NCBI GenBank assembly: GCA_965649825.1
Contig: OZ287695.1
Span: forward strand, 2,221,288 to 2,285,287
Direction of reading: 5' to 3'
DNA from: Penicillus capitatus
Lineage: Eukaryota > Plantae > Chlorophyta
DNA length: 64,000 bases
Shown: positions 47,022 through 58,758 of the stretch, piece by piece
Layout of the letters: the number at the start of each line of letters is the position of its first letter
How positions within the stretch are numbered: position 1 is the first letter of the stretch
Translations under genes and position numbers: made by a program
Notes under the pieces: model-generated
Told to the model about the DNA's origin: nothing
Database searches by the model: none
The model's input: the letters and a program-made list of their open reading frames with translations, nothing else

Positions 47022-49940
47022 CTATATATTCGCAGGCTTGTGAGATTCCTGCGTTTGCTCACTTGCAAAAGGAACGAGAACGAGACCATAGGAAATGCGA
47101 CCACGTTGTTGTACAGGAATGGTTTGTTGAACACCTTGATGCACTTGGACTTGAGTTTCAGATGCGATCATGTGATTACTCTCTGCGCGTTGTGGAGATT
47201 GCGACGCACGTCTCTTCATCTGTCCAAGCACACTTCCTTCAAATGAATGGTGGAAGTCCTGCATGGAATATCCACCGCTTTTCTCCATCTGACGAATTCG
47301 ATGTTCTTCCATGATGGCCGCTTTGCATTGAGAATCCAGACTCTCGATGCTGCAGCTGAAATTATTGGATGATCGCAGTGTCGATACACGCTCTCCAGAA
47401 TCAGAGATCAGTGCTTCATCTCTCACGGGCCTGTTGTTGAAAGACATGTGACTGTCTTGGCTGGTTTGATTGTCTGAACCCGTGTTTACACCGCCGACGT
47501 CATCGCTGCCACCACCACCACCGGACTTGGGTTGCTGGAACTGCATTCCGGGTTTCTTGAGCAGCTCCTCGACGCCTCTTCTGTCGAAGGGCGTTTTCAG
47601 AGGCGCGTAGACGTCATTCGCTCCGGTGTTTGAAGTCCCCTTGCTCTGATTGGAAGATGAAATAACATAGAAATGCTCCAGAACAGATGGATCCGGAATC
47701 TGCTGATGCTGACGATGTTTGTGGATTACCCTTTCTGAGCGACCGGTTTCTTTCTTTGGCTGAGCTCTTCTGCGAGTGAATGCCGAATCCGGAGGAGACC
47801 TGGGAATAACAGGACCTAGGTAAGATTCGAACATCGATGCCGTGGAGATGCCTCTGAAACAGGATTCACCAGAGTAAGTGGAACAGCCCATTGAAGGCAT
47901 GTCCTTTGATGTCACAAATATGTCTCCGGGGCATCGCCTGGTAGACGGCGCCGTCTCCTGAGAATCGGTCAAGTACTCCGTCTCGTAGGGAGAACGAATC
48001 TGCTGTGGAGATGGCGGCGATTCAGGCACCATCACTAACAGAGCAGAAACCTTCACGCCAGGTGCACACAGAAAGCAAACCTGCCTTTCAATGATGACTT
48101 GTTCTTTTTGAGTCGCTTAGAGTCAGGCAAGATCATTCCTGGTTCGTTGAGAATTCTGACAGGTTGTGTGTCCGAGTCTCGATCCGACTTGTGCATCCGC
48201 ACTTTCCTGGTGTGGTATTCTATGCCCAGTCGAGCGATGGAGAGCAGGGACGTGTGGTCCTGTCATCACAGTGGCCAAGACTCGAAACCCCAATACACAG
48301 TGTGATGGACGGGTGGATTACTTTCTTGTAGTCTTCAGAGTCAAAGCGGAAGAACGTCCAACCAGGATGGTCCGTTTTCCACCAGGCTTCGATGGCCAAG
48401 GATTGTAACTCTTTCACGAGATCTCTCTGCTCTGCATTCAGATGTTCTCTCAGCACAATGGTGGCGTCGATCAACAGCGCCACTGGCTTATGAATATCTG
48501 TCTCTCCCATGTAGCAGAGATAAGCAAGGCCTTGAATGTCAGTAATGCCAGGACGATACCAGGCTCGCATACGGGTATCATTAGTAATGGCACATGCTGC
48601 ATGATCTCTTGTCTCTTCCCATGCCTTTTCAGACATTTTCAGCATGTGCAAGAGCTTCTGCTTCAACTGGCCGTCGGTATCGGCGATGAATGCAATTTTC
48701 TTAAAATCGGCAACTGTTGTGATTTGGTGAGGGTGATTGGGCTGGTAATCAACGTTCATGTCTTTGGCAGTTACCAGCAGATTGCTCAGTTTCTTTATCC
48801 TCTCTTTCCCCATGTGCTCCAAACGAGACACCTGATCGTCTGCAAAGGGGATGGTCCTTTTCTGTGAGAGACGCGATCGGCCAGAGGCTACGATGAAATT
48901 AGACGAAATCGCAGGGATCACTGACTGCGATAGCGGCACCGATCCGTTTGAAGCAACGTATCGTGCCATCAGTCGAAATGGTGGACGCCGACCAGACAGA
49001 AGGGCTTCACTGCTGCAATGCACACTCAAATGGCTCACGTTTGTTTTTGGACTCTGCACAATCCACAGACAACATGTGTATAGACATCGATCTCTTAAGG
49101 TCCAATCAAAAGGCATCTTGCCTGAAGGGCGACAAAAAGTTTGCCATTCTCACGACTGTGCCGTTTGTCATCAGATTGCAGCAATGGTCGGCCTTCATTT
49201 CCAGCCACAAGGACACAGGCATCCAAAGCATGCATCGTTTCGAGTGTAGGTTTTGAATGAGGGAATAGCTGTTCGAACTTATTACCGTCAACAATGCTTA
49301 ATTCGATCGTGGCATTGGAGACAGGATCATCCGCTAACACAACCTGACCAGATTCTGGATCGATGAGTTCCAGAAAGATCTCTCCGCCACACTTCGCCTT
49401 GATGATGTCACCCTTAAAGTACTTCTTATCGAAGTCCGTTTTGCATCCTCTCTTCGGATTCGATTCGCACAAATCGCATGTGCTTTGTGTGCATCCAAGG
49501 GCCCTGTGATTCAAGATTCAGCAATACATGAAGACAGCACGTCATCTATGGACTACTGGCAATGATGTCTGAAGCGTAGGGCATAGACTGGACCGGTGGA
49601 TTTAACGCAGGGTGACGAGGGGTCATATTTACGTCTTTCATTTTCAAAAGCACTTTGCAGACACATGACCACTTCACGTGACGTGGCATCCGGCAAATGC
49701 AAGCCATGGATCTCTTCAATGGCAGTTGTTTCCACTCGCTCAAGAGATTCCTTGACGCGCAAAGCAACGTGCTCCTGCCCAAACACATCGTCGCGAAATA
49801 CGTACAGCGAAAATAGACAGCACCTCCAGCTCATCAGGGGCTCGTCTTGTTTCACCGGAAACCTGTTCCGTGCTTTGTCTGCTGTCGCTTTGGTAGGACA
49901 GATGCGGATGTTGAAAGGAAAGCGTTTCCCTCTCCATCAT
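47022..49940 (-). CDS. CBP60/SARD1-like (calmodulin-binding protein 60 family) transcription regulator
   Basis: DIIKAKCGGEIFLELID, SSEALLSGRRPPFRLMAR, PAISSNFIVASGRSR...KRTIPFADDQVSRLEHMG, ITTVADF...KQKLLHMLKMSEKAWEETRDHA match the CBP60 N-terminal and middle domains; long disordered last exon. Confidence 0.75.
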
Positions 49941-51425
49941 CCGTCGCAATATGGCCGGACGCAAAACGGAACGGCGATTTTATGGGGAGTTACTACTCGA
50001 ACACTGTGCTATCCGTCGTAATCTAACAAGAAAGCAGTTGACAAGACGGTATGTTTGAATTGGGACGTTTATATAGGCCGACTCTGAAATTCGAATGAAA
50101 AATAGGAAAACGTCAGCAATCGACGAGCGGCCTCTGTTGGTTGCAACTACTAGCCGTTTGCTTTCGTCCGTCTGGACCGCACACGGAATAGGAGGGCGTC
50201 TGTGCATTCAACCAGAGCATCATGTTTCCGTCGCCAATACCTTTTCTCGAGCAGCGACGCTTCGACTGATGTTTCAACGCCGTCGACAGCTTGGTTACGA
50301 TTAAAGCGGTTAAAAAGCCGCGCGCTTCACCTTTTTGTTCCGGTCCGGGCATTCCATTTGTCCATGATGACAAACGGACACCATTCCCGATAAATATTCG
50401 CCATCTTGCGTCTCGTCGGAATCTTTACGGACCACACGGCCTGCATGTCACCGATCACGCCTCAGAATTGCGTCTCGGATTTCGTCGTCGAATGCTCTAA
50501 AGCGAACTGCAGATGAGCGCTCTCTCCGAATGAAGTGTCCATGTCGAGCGTCACATGACATTGCCGTTGAGTATTGCACGCGGCATGTTCACACATCGAG
50601 CCGGCATGGTGTGCGTCGCCTGGCGGAGAGACGTTAGGGTACGCAGTTATTCCAACCATCAAGCGCACCTTCTCTCAAGCGTCACGGATGTTGTTTAGAA
50701 AGCGATCCGTCGGTCGGTCCCGCGGACAGACGTAAAAAGACAACGGGCACTATTTAAAGAAAATCAAACAGGCCTTCAGGTTTCTTCCATGTGCATATCT
50801 GCCTTTCAACACGTGAGATTCCCGCACACTTCTCTTTCAGAGGATATGCTTTCAGCACAACGAGGTTGAGTTTCAGCGCAAGAGATCCGTTTGGTATTCC
50901 AGCCATTCTCCAGCTCGTGGCACCTGTGCTCCATCCCCACGTCGCATGTCTCGACACTCATCGTCCGAAATGTCGCGGCATTGCTCAAATTCTAAGAACA
51001 CCAGGGAGCTATCCCTTTCTCCTCTTCGCTCGGCTTTCATTACCGGCGTCGGTGAGTTCGGCATTTTCCCATTCGTCGTCGACGACGTCCATCACCGTCG
51101 GATCGAGTTTCCGACGACAGCAGACAGACTTCGCTGCTCCGAAGACACGTGCACTCATGGCAGTACCACACTCGCATTCCACGATTCATCAAAGACATCT
51201 ATCTATCAATGAAATGTGCGCCGGCCAATGTGAATTGTGCGTCGCCCCATCCATCACGTCTGGCAACGAGGAAAACTTCTGTCCGTGTTCCCAACTAAAA
51301 CCGTCTTCTCGTCTTAAGCCCGTTCCGATCTCTTTTGAACTGAGTCCGAGTGTCGTTTCCTGCCGACTTCTCTACTTCGTCCATTCGGCGCAAGACTCGT
51401 GTCTTCCCGTTCGCAGGTCTGAATT

Positions 51426-53194
51426 ATGACGCGGCCTTCAGCACTCGGACGACACTTGTCCCGAGTCTCGACCATAGAGGACCGTGATGCAGCATCAGCC
51501 TGTTACTGCTCGACGTTTGTACCGGGCAGTCAGCAAATGATTCCACAGTACGTGGCTTCTGCTTACGGAAGTGGGGACATCAGGTCAGTCCATGAGCAGT
51601 CTATGTCTTCATGAAACCTCATGGCTGTGTAGAATTCACGACACGAGTGCACTGACCATGTCGACATCAGATGGCATATCCCCTGCCCATCTGACATCTT
51701 CTTGGCTGGGGACTTCCCCTATCGTGCAGTTAAAAACAATGACGACAGGTCTCTCGCATCTGATCTCCAGACATGGCATTTGCTGAATGCATTTTTTCGT
51801 TGCACAGACTCCGACACCGTGTTGCTCGCGCTGGAACACTTTGGCAATATCACTGGTCTCAGTCTTAGGGATGTTCTGACGGATACCAGAGATGAAGAAC
51901 GGTTTATTCAACCTCGGACGCTCTTCTGCTTAGCCCACGACATGTGTCCTTCGTCCATCAACTGTTTTGCATTGGACAGAGTCAACAAGCGCATCTTCAC
52001 AGGTGATAGAAATGAACGAACGATGTTTCATGCAATGGCGATCAATCATGGTGTTTATCAGGCGGCGTGGATGGCAACTGGCTGTGTTGGGACATCGAGA
52101 GATTTCCAGCAGGTCAAGAGATGATGCCGCATCAGATCTATCAGGCACATCAGCGATGCATTACTCAGGGAGACTACTGTCAAGGACTGGTGGCTTCCGC
52201 TTCGGAAGATGGATCGGTCTGCGTCTGGGATGTCCGTTCTCAATCCTGTATCTGTGCCTTCGATCCAACAACGGGAAAGCATCTGCCTTTGAATCAGAAG
52301 CAGCGTGTGGATCACTGCAGCAACGAAACCAGTTTGAGTGTTCGCTTTGACTGGACTGGACGTCGAGTTATTGCCTCCTCTCGACAGAAACGCATCACTG
52401 TATGGAACATCAGAGCCGATGCATCACAGTGCTCTTTTCGTACAGACGCTATTCCCTATGCCCTGGATACTGCTGGAGATGCTGTTCTCTTCACGAGCGC
52501 GGACCATCGGGTCTGGCGATACTCCATGTCGAATGCGCTTATGCAATGCTATCAAACATCAACACCAGAGATTCGTGACATCCATATTGATGAAGAACTG
52601 CAGCAAACAATGGTGATTTCTGGCGGCGCAGACACTGTCGAACTGTTATCTCTGAACGGGACTTCACTCGGGAGAGCAACTGATAGAAAGGAGATGCTTG
52701 TCCCCGAATCCCATCCCGTTGCCATTCGTGAGCAATTAGCATGGTCGCCCGTCACTCTTTCAGATCCCGACGGACAAGGAGGACCACTCATCGGGACTCC
52801 GCAATACTCTCCTGAAATCGAAGACATGTGCGAATCAGTTTCAGAAATGGGCTCAGATGATGGCGAGATGTTCGAAGAAGATCAGGGATCGTCTGTCTTC
52901 GAGTATTCTCAAGCAAATGAGGACATGCCGTTCTCTTCGGACGAGGACGACGAAGAAGAGATGCACAGCATTGAAGGAGAAGATGAACTTGCTCACGACT
53001 TCTTCTTTCAGCCTTTTGGCGCCATGGATATGGACGAACCATCTTTGGAGGCATACGGTTTCACATCGGACTCTGAGATTTCACCAAGGGATGACTTTGT
53101 CATGTCTGCTGGGCAAGAATACAGCAACTGCGAGTTTTCCAGTTCGCAGGGGGATAGCGGAGGGTCTTCAGATGATGAAGAAGACGATGAGTAG
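51426..53194 (+). CDS. WD40-repeat protein, THOC6-like, with an acidic C-terminal extension
   Basis: SINCFALDRVNKRIFTG..DGNWLCWDIE, VASASEDGSVCVWDVRS, ITVWNIR; layout follows THO complex subunit 6 (N-terminal GDI, terminal G...VEL...G). Confidence 0.7.
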
Positions 53195-53286
53195 TGTCAA
53201 TGTCTATGGAATGTGTTCTCTTTAACCTCTTAATGATCTTGTCCATCACAGGTGTCGTTACGTCGATCATAGCGATGTATGCATTC

Positions 53287-54195
53287 TCATTTCCTTAGAA
53301 AGGACACCCACTGATCGAGGACGTCTTCAGAGCCATACCATCGGCGACCACTTCTGGGGGAATGCCACACATCGTCTAGGATGAGCTTCTCGGCGCCTTC
53401 CAGTCCGACAGCGCAGTCGACAGGGGTCACTCCATCGCCCCAGTCTCGACCATTTGAGGAGCAAAGCTCGTAGCTCTGGTAGGTGAAATCCTTGAGGGAT
53501 CCGCCCAGGAAAGTCTGTCCTTGTACGGCCCTTCCGGCGATGCAGAGGTATTTGACATCGTCTTCGAAAGCGCCTGGGAAATGCGTGTTCACAAAAGCAA
53601 CATTCTGGCGCGTGATTCCCTCGTTACAGATGTGTGGACTGCCCAGTGTGATAAGACTGTGTACTGCATCACTACCATTGTAGATGCGATCCCCGTAGGG
53701 AGGTCCCGATCCGAGAAAGATCCGACAGATCCATCCGGCTGCAGAACTGGCCACGATGGCGACTCTGTTGTCTGTCACGGCCTCCGGAGATTCCTGTCTG
53801 GGCTGAGCGCCATTTCTCGCATTTTGGAGCTCCTTCAGAAAATCGAAGGGTGTTTCTGTGCTCGGGGGTGTGATCTCATATCCATTCTCCGAACAAACAC
53901 GCTCTCCATTGCTCAGCGACCGTGCAGCGTAATCGATACGGTCGAGGATCGGGCGGAGAGAACGACCGCCAAGCGTCGGCAACCAGTTGTACCACCTGAT
54001 GGCCGGGAGGGCAGCATCGAATCCACGTTGGCGCAGCTGCTCGACGAGGGGGACGAACTCTTCGGCGCCCATTAAATATCCGGGTACCACAAGAACGCCG
54101 TTAGCTGAACGCACCGGCACTGGGGTTTGACGCTGTCTGCATTGTGTGGCCTTAAGAGAGATGGAATTTGGCCGTCGGTACGTGGTGGCAAACAT
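53287..54195 (-). CDS. Alpha/beta hydrolase (PGAP1/lipase-like), plastid-targeted, intronless
   Basis: VLVVPGYL, WYNWLPTLGGRSLRPIL, elbow VASSAAGWI, LITLGSPH, YLCIAG, WGDGVTP, VWHSP, WYGS. Confidence 0.85.
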   Translation of the reverse strand: MFATTYRRPNSISLKATQCRQRQTPVPVRSANGVLVVPGYLMGAEEFVPLVEQLRQRGFDAALPAIRWYNWLPTLGGRSLRPILDRIDYAARSLSNGERVCSENGYEITPPSTETPFDFLKELQNARNGAQPRQESPEAVTDNRVAIVASSAAGWICRIFLGSGPPYGDRIYNGSDAVHSLITLGSPHICNEGITRQNVAFVNTHFPGAFEDDVKYLCIAGRAVQGQTFLGGSLKDFTYQSYELCSSNGRDWGDGVTPVDCAVGLEGAEKLILDDVWHSPRSGRRWYGSEDVLDQWVSFLRK

Positions 54196-54237
54196 GACAC
54201 AGCGGTGCCCGCACCGCCATTACAGACTGCATGTACA

Positions 54238-56393
54238 ATGTCAAACAAACGACCCGCCGTGTTTCTCACGAATTCGGCTAAAAAACAATTCGAGCATATA
54301 TCTCTGGAGCCATGTCTCGCGTGGATATTGGGCTGGCGCTCGGCGGAGCGCATTGAGATTTTAAATGTCTGTCGTTTCTTGGCAAAAGATGGACAGATCC
54401 TCAAAACCACAGACGTCCCCTATTCCCTCGAAGATGAGATCAGTTCAGCCTGGCAACCATTGCTTCCTTGTTGTCTTGACACTTGAGTTTTTAGCCTCAC
54501 TCAATGCAGCCCTGCCTCGAGAAATCGTTCCATTGGGATGTGCAGCGGTGTATGGAAACGATATCTACATGTCTGTGCTCACTCTTGTCAAGTCCTTGAC
54601 GATTCTCTCCAAGAAAGCCGTCGAGTTGCACACGCCGTCAACAAACAGCATCTCTGGAGTGTGGTGTGTTGGACGCCTCATTACACATATGGACGGAGTT
54701 GGATGCGACTTTGAAGAGATCGCAGAAGAACAGAGTGTTTTCCTGTCATCCCATCGATCATTGAGGTCTGTCATAGAAACGCACTCTATGTATCCTGACC
54801 TTGTATCCAGGTGGACAGTCGATATGACACTTCCTGTATTCGACAAGGACGGAGATGTTTACGCAGATCTGTGGGTGAAATGGCAGAAACTGCTGGATTC
54901 GCTGAGGGCATCACACTGTCTTCTGCTCGTCGATGATGGATCGTCCAACAAGTGTGACCTGATCTCTTCGATGTATCCACATAATGTGTGACATCCTATC
55001 AGGCATCTCATTTCGAAGGAACGGAAAACACTGCTTTCGGAGCTTTTCGAGAACAAGGAGGTCGATCTCGATTGCCAAGTATTGACCGGTGGTATGGAGA
55101 ACGAATACCAGTGTCCACTTCTTCGACTTCATGAGCTACAGAATGAACAGCAGATATGTGTTCGGGGGCTCCATATAAAATGTTTCGTCCGGTGCTATGT
55201 TCCGTTTTTTGCCTCGGCCTCGGCATCCGACATACTTGAGCGCTATCTCGTTCCATCACTGAAGTTCAGATGGCAGCAGTGTCATTCCATGTTCCAGCGA
55301 AATACATCGATCAATGAGGCAAGGTCGGATTTGATAAATGCATTGTGTGATTGTGTTCTCTCTCAGATGTGTTCGATGCACTTCTCGATCGAAGGCTACG
55401 TTGTACCGTTGTCTGTGATCTATCCCTTCTCACCCGGCTCGCAAAGCAATGAGAACTCTCAAGTGGAATTCAGAAAACAGTTGCATCGAAGATTCCTGCA
55501 AAAGGAGAATCGTCCTGTCTTTCTGTCCTCTCTTTCTCTGGAGCACAAGCCAACAACCCTGAAGACAGAGCACCCCATCAATGTTCATGATCATCTTCCA
55601 CAAAAGAGTGCGTCAGATGCATCCATATGAGAGAGACGACATAAGAGACGTGTGTTTTGATAGGCTTCCCCGAGGGTGGTATGATGGCGACGGTATCCGG
55701 TCGCTATGAATATTGCCATTATGGCCATGATGGCATCAACGATGCAGGATGGGGTTGTGCCTATCGGTCACTGCAGACCGTGTTCTCTTGGTTTATCCAT
55801 CAACACTACACGGCATTGCCAATCCCTTCCCACAGGCAAAGAACAACCTTCTATCTATCTCGCATGAACATGGGCTGTTGCCATTGTAGAAAGATCCAGG
55901 AAGTGCTCGTCGAGATTGGTGACAAGGAAGGCAGTTTCTACGGGAGCCGTGAATGGATCGGTTCCATCGAAGTAGGTACCGTCCTACAAGAAATGCTGGG
56001 TGAGGTCGTTTTATTTCCTATACCGTTCGCATACGCTTGTCGTTCTCTTTAGATGTCTCATACCACGTTGTCAGCAAACCTGCCCATCAAGATATTTCCT
56101 CTGTCGCCCGAGAACTGCTGCACCACTTTAAGACAGAAGGAACGCCGGTCTCCATCGGAGGCGGCGTCTTGGCCTATACCTTGCTCGGCATTTATTTCAA
56201 TGACCAGACGGCTGAAGTGGAGCTGTTGATTCTCGATCCGCATTACACAGGGAAGGACGACATCCAGTCCATCATGAAGGGCAACTGGATTGCATGGAAG
56301 AAACCGACAGACAAGGCTGCGGCAGGCGGACCTCTCTTTGTTCAAAACACACATTACAACTTCATGTGTTCAAAACGTCCAACAACAGTGTGA
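54238..56393 (+). CDS. UFSP2: UFM1-specific protease 2 (peptidase C78)
   Basis: [10 protein letters not shown], catalytic [58 protein letters not shown]; long N-terminal region. Confidence 0.9.
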
Positions 56394-56441
56394 GATGGAT
56401 GTGTCGTACATTGTTGGCAAACTCTTCGAAAATGCACGGAG

Positions 56442-57095
56442 TTACTCGATATCGATCACCCGAGACGACACCGAGTCTTTTTCGACTTTCGGAATCGTGA
56501 TTCTCAGCACGCCTTCATCGGCCTTTGCCGAAATCTTGCTTTCATCTGCACTCTGAGGCAGATTGAAACTGCGGAAGAATTTGCCAAAACGTCTTTCTGA
56601 GCGATAGTATCCCTCCTTCTCTTCCGTACTCTCATCCTGCCGTTCGCCAGAAATCGTTAACACACGCTCCGGTGTCACCTACGTGATCCATATCATGATC
56701 TCAGTCATTCCAGAGCATGAGACAGTGGAGTGAGTATCCTGACGCACTTGAATCTTGACGTCTTTCTTAGACATACCAGGCAGATCGGCACAAATGGTGT
56801 ACTTCTCATCATCTTCGCGGACATCCATTGCAACACTCATGCCTTCGCGAGTGGCAGCAGGGAAGAATGTTTCCATTCCGCCAAACATGTCGTTCTCGAA
56901 ACGGTCGATGAAATCCGCCATACGCTGGAGTTTGGGACCGACCTGCCGCAGGGGAGCACTGCCACGTCTCGGCATGAAGTCATCACCTTCTCCTGCACGT
57001 CTTTTCCAACTCCGACACGGTTGATATCTTGTATAGGTCTTCCAACAGGGATATGCAATGCGACGGCACAGCTGCGTTCCGATGCGGGTAGACAT
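56442..57095 (-). CDS. Small heat-shock protein (HSP20/alpha-crystallin), organelle-targeted, 2 exons
   Basis: MDVREDDEKYTICADLPGMSKKDVKIQ|VTPERVLTISGER...ERRFGKFFRSFNLP...GVLRITIPK...VIDIE. Confidence 0.92.
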
Positions 57096-57170
57096 CTTTT
57101 TTGCTAGACACGATCCCAGAAGGCGAACGCGGTTAAGTACGGCTATCGAAGATTCCGGATCCTTCTCGCT

Positions 57171-58758
57171 ATGTTTGCGTCATCATTACTGTCACCTGTC
57201 CCATCATCCGTATGCCCGAAGATGCGCATGTCCCCTGCGAAATGGATGTTGGATGGAAGGATCGTCGGTGGCAATGTGTGTCGGACACCGAGACCCATCG
57301 TCGACAGAACGAGAACCAATCCTTTTAGGAGAAGAAGTGTGAGAAGGTGTGATGCGACGGAGGCTGGCGACATATCCGTTCAGACAGCGGAAGAGGCTGT
57401 GAATGAAGGACTCGCTGCTCTGGAGAAGAGATCGAATCCGATAGAAGCGATTGAGCTATTCCGCCGAGCACTCGTGATGAATCCGACTGCCCAAGAAGCC
57501 AGTGCTGCCATTTATAACATCGCCTGCTGTTACGTGGAGATGAAGGAGTGGCAGAAAGCGGCAGATCAGATCGTTGTCGCCGTCAATGATTATCGATTGG
57601 ATGTCAAGATTCCAAAACAGGCACGTCTTATGGAAAATGTAAGATTGCTGTTGATGTGACGTGCGGTGGAACAGGACACAGATCTCGATGAGCTCAGATC
57701 TCGGCCGGAATGGGACGATGCCTTGTCGAGAATGAAAGGTGTGATGTCGACGAGCATGAGAGACAGCATGATTGGAGAACTGAGGTCACCATTCCGCTTC
57801 TTTCGATTCTACCTCTTTGGTGGCCTATCCATCGGGGCGAGCGTGGGACTCATTTTCATCGGCTCTGATGTCATCAAAGCCATTCAGAGTGCGATATCGA
57901 GTCTTATGGTTTCTCGCAACTGAAGAGGGTCGCCTTGTGTTTTCAGAAGGAGGAGGAGATGCCCTTCAAGCGCCTCTGCAGAATCTGGCTATCAATATTG
58001 TCGCCGTGTTAGTATTGTCTGTTCTCTTTTTTCGAGATTTTCAATCCAGAAAAAAGGAGTTGGAGAAAATCGAACGCGAAGGAAAACTCAGTAAACTTCA
58101 AGTTGTTTCATTCGTGTGCAGTGAGACTTGTGTGAGATGCTTTTTGATGATGCCACAGGTTCAGAAGACAGCCGGAAAAGCCATTCCACTGTATGACCTG
58201 AGAGGGTCTTTTCGTCCGGTCATCATCTGCGGCAGCAAGAATTTCTGCCGCAGGGCTGTCGACGCAGCGCGTCCCTATTTCTCAGCTCTCAAGGAGCGTG
58301 GTGTTGCCGGTGAGCCACCTACAGTTTTGTCATGGACAATGGACTCTTGACTCTTAGTGATCCCAATCCCCATTGCCGATGTGGACGAACGCCTGAAAAG
58401 CCTTCGAGAAGATCTCCAAAGTGCAACCACGACATCCGGATTCGGAACGCCAACGAAATCCAAGGCTAAACCACAGAGCCGTTGGGAACTGACGCCCGTC
58501 CGGATGGACGCGTGGAAGGTCTGCGAAAGCAACCATGATTCCTCACTCCCCTCTCACTCTCTGTACTTTCCATAGACATGGTTGACAGATCAGAAGGAAT
58601 ATTCTGGTCTAACAGAACGAGATTTCTATCTGCAAGTTCAGTTGGATGGATCGGTACGGACGAGTGGCTGCGGAATGCCGCCATGGAACAGTATTGTTTC
58701 AGATCTGCCGCCACTGGACGACATCCGAACAAAGCTAACAGACAACATTGGATTCTGA
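57171..58758 (+). CDS. LPA1: LOW PSII ACCUMULATION 1-like (TPR plus DUF3493)
   Basis: Transit peptide, TPR (AIYNIACCY), ELRSPFRFFRFYLFGGL, two TM helices, LRGSFRPVII, LQVQLDGSVRTSGCGMPPW; TGA at 58756-58758. Confidence 0.88.

Noticed and set aside
50360-50470. Box C/D snoRNA (ATGATGA at about 50364)
   Set aside because: No matching CTGA D box or terminal stem at a suitable distance.
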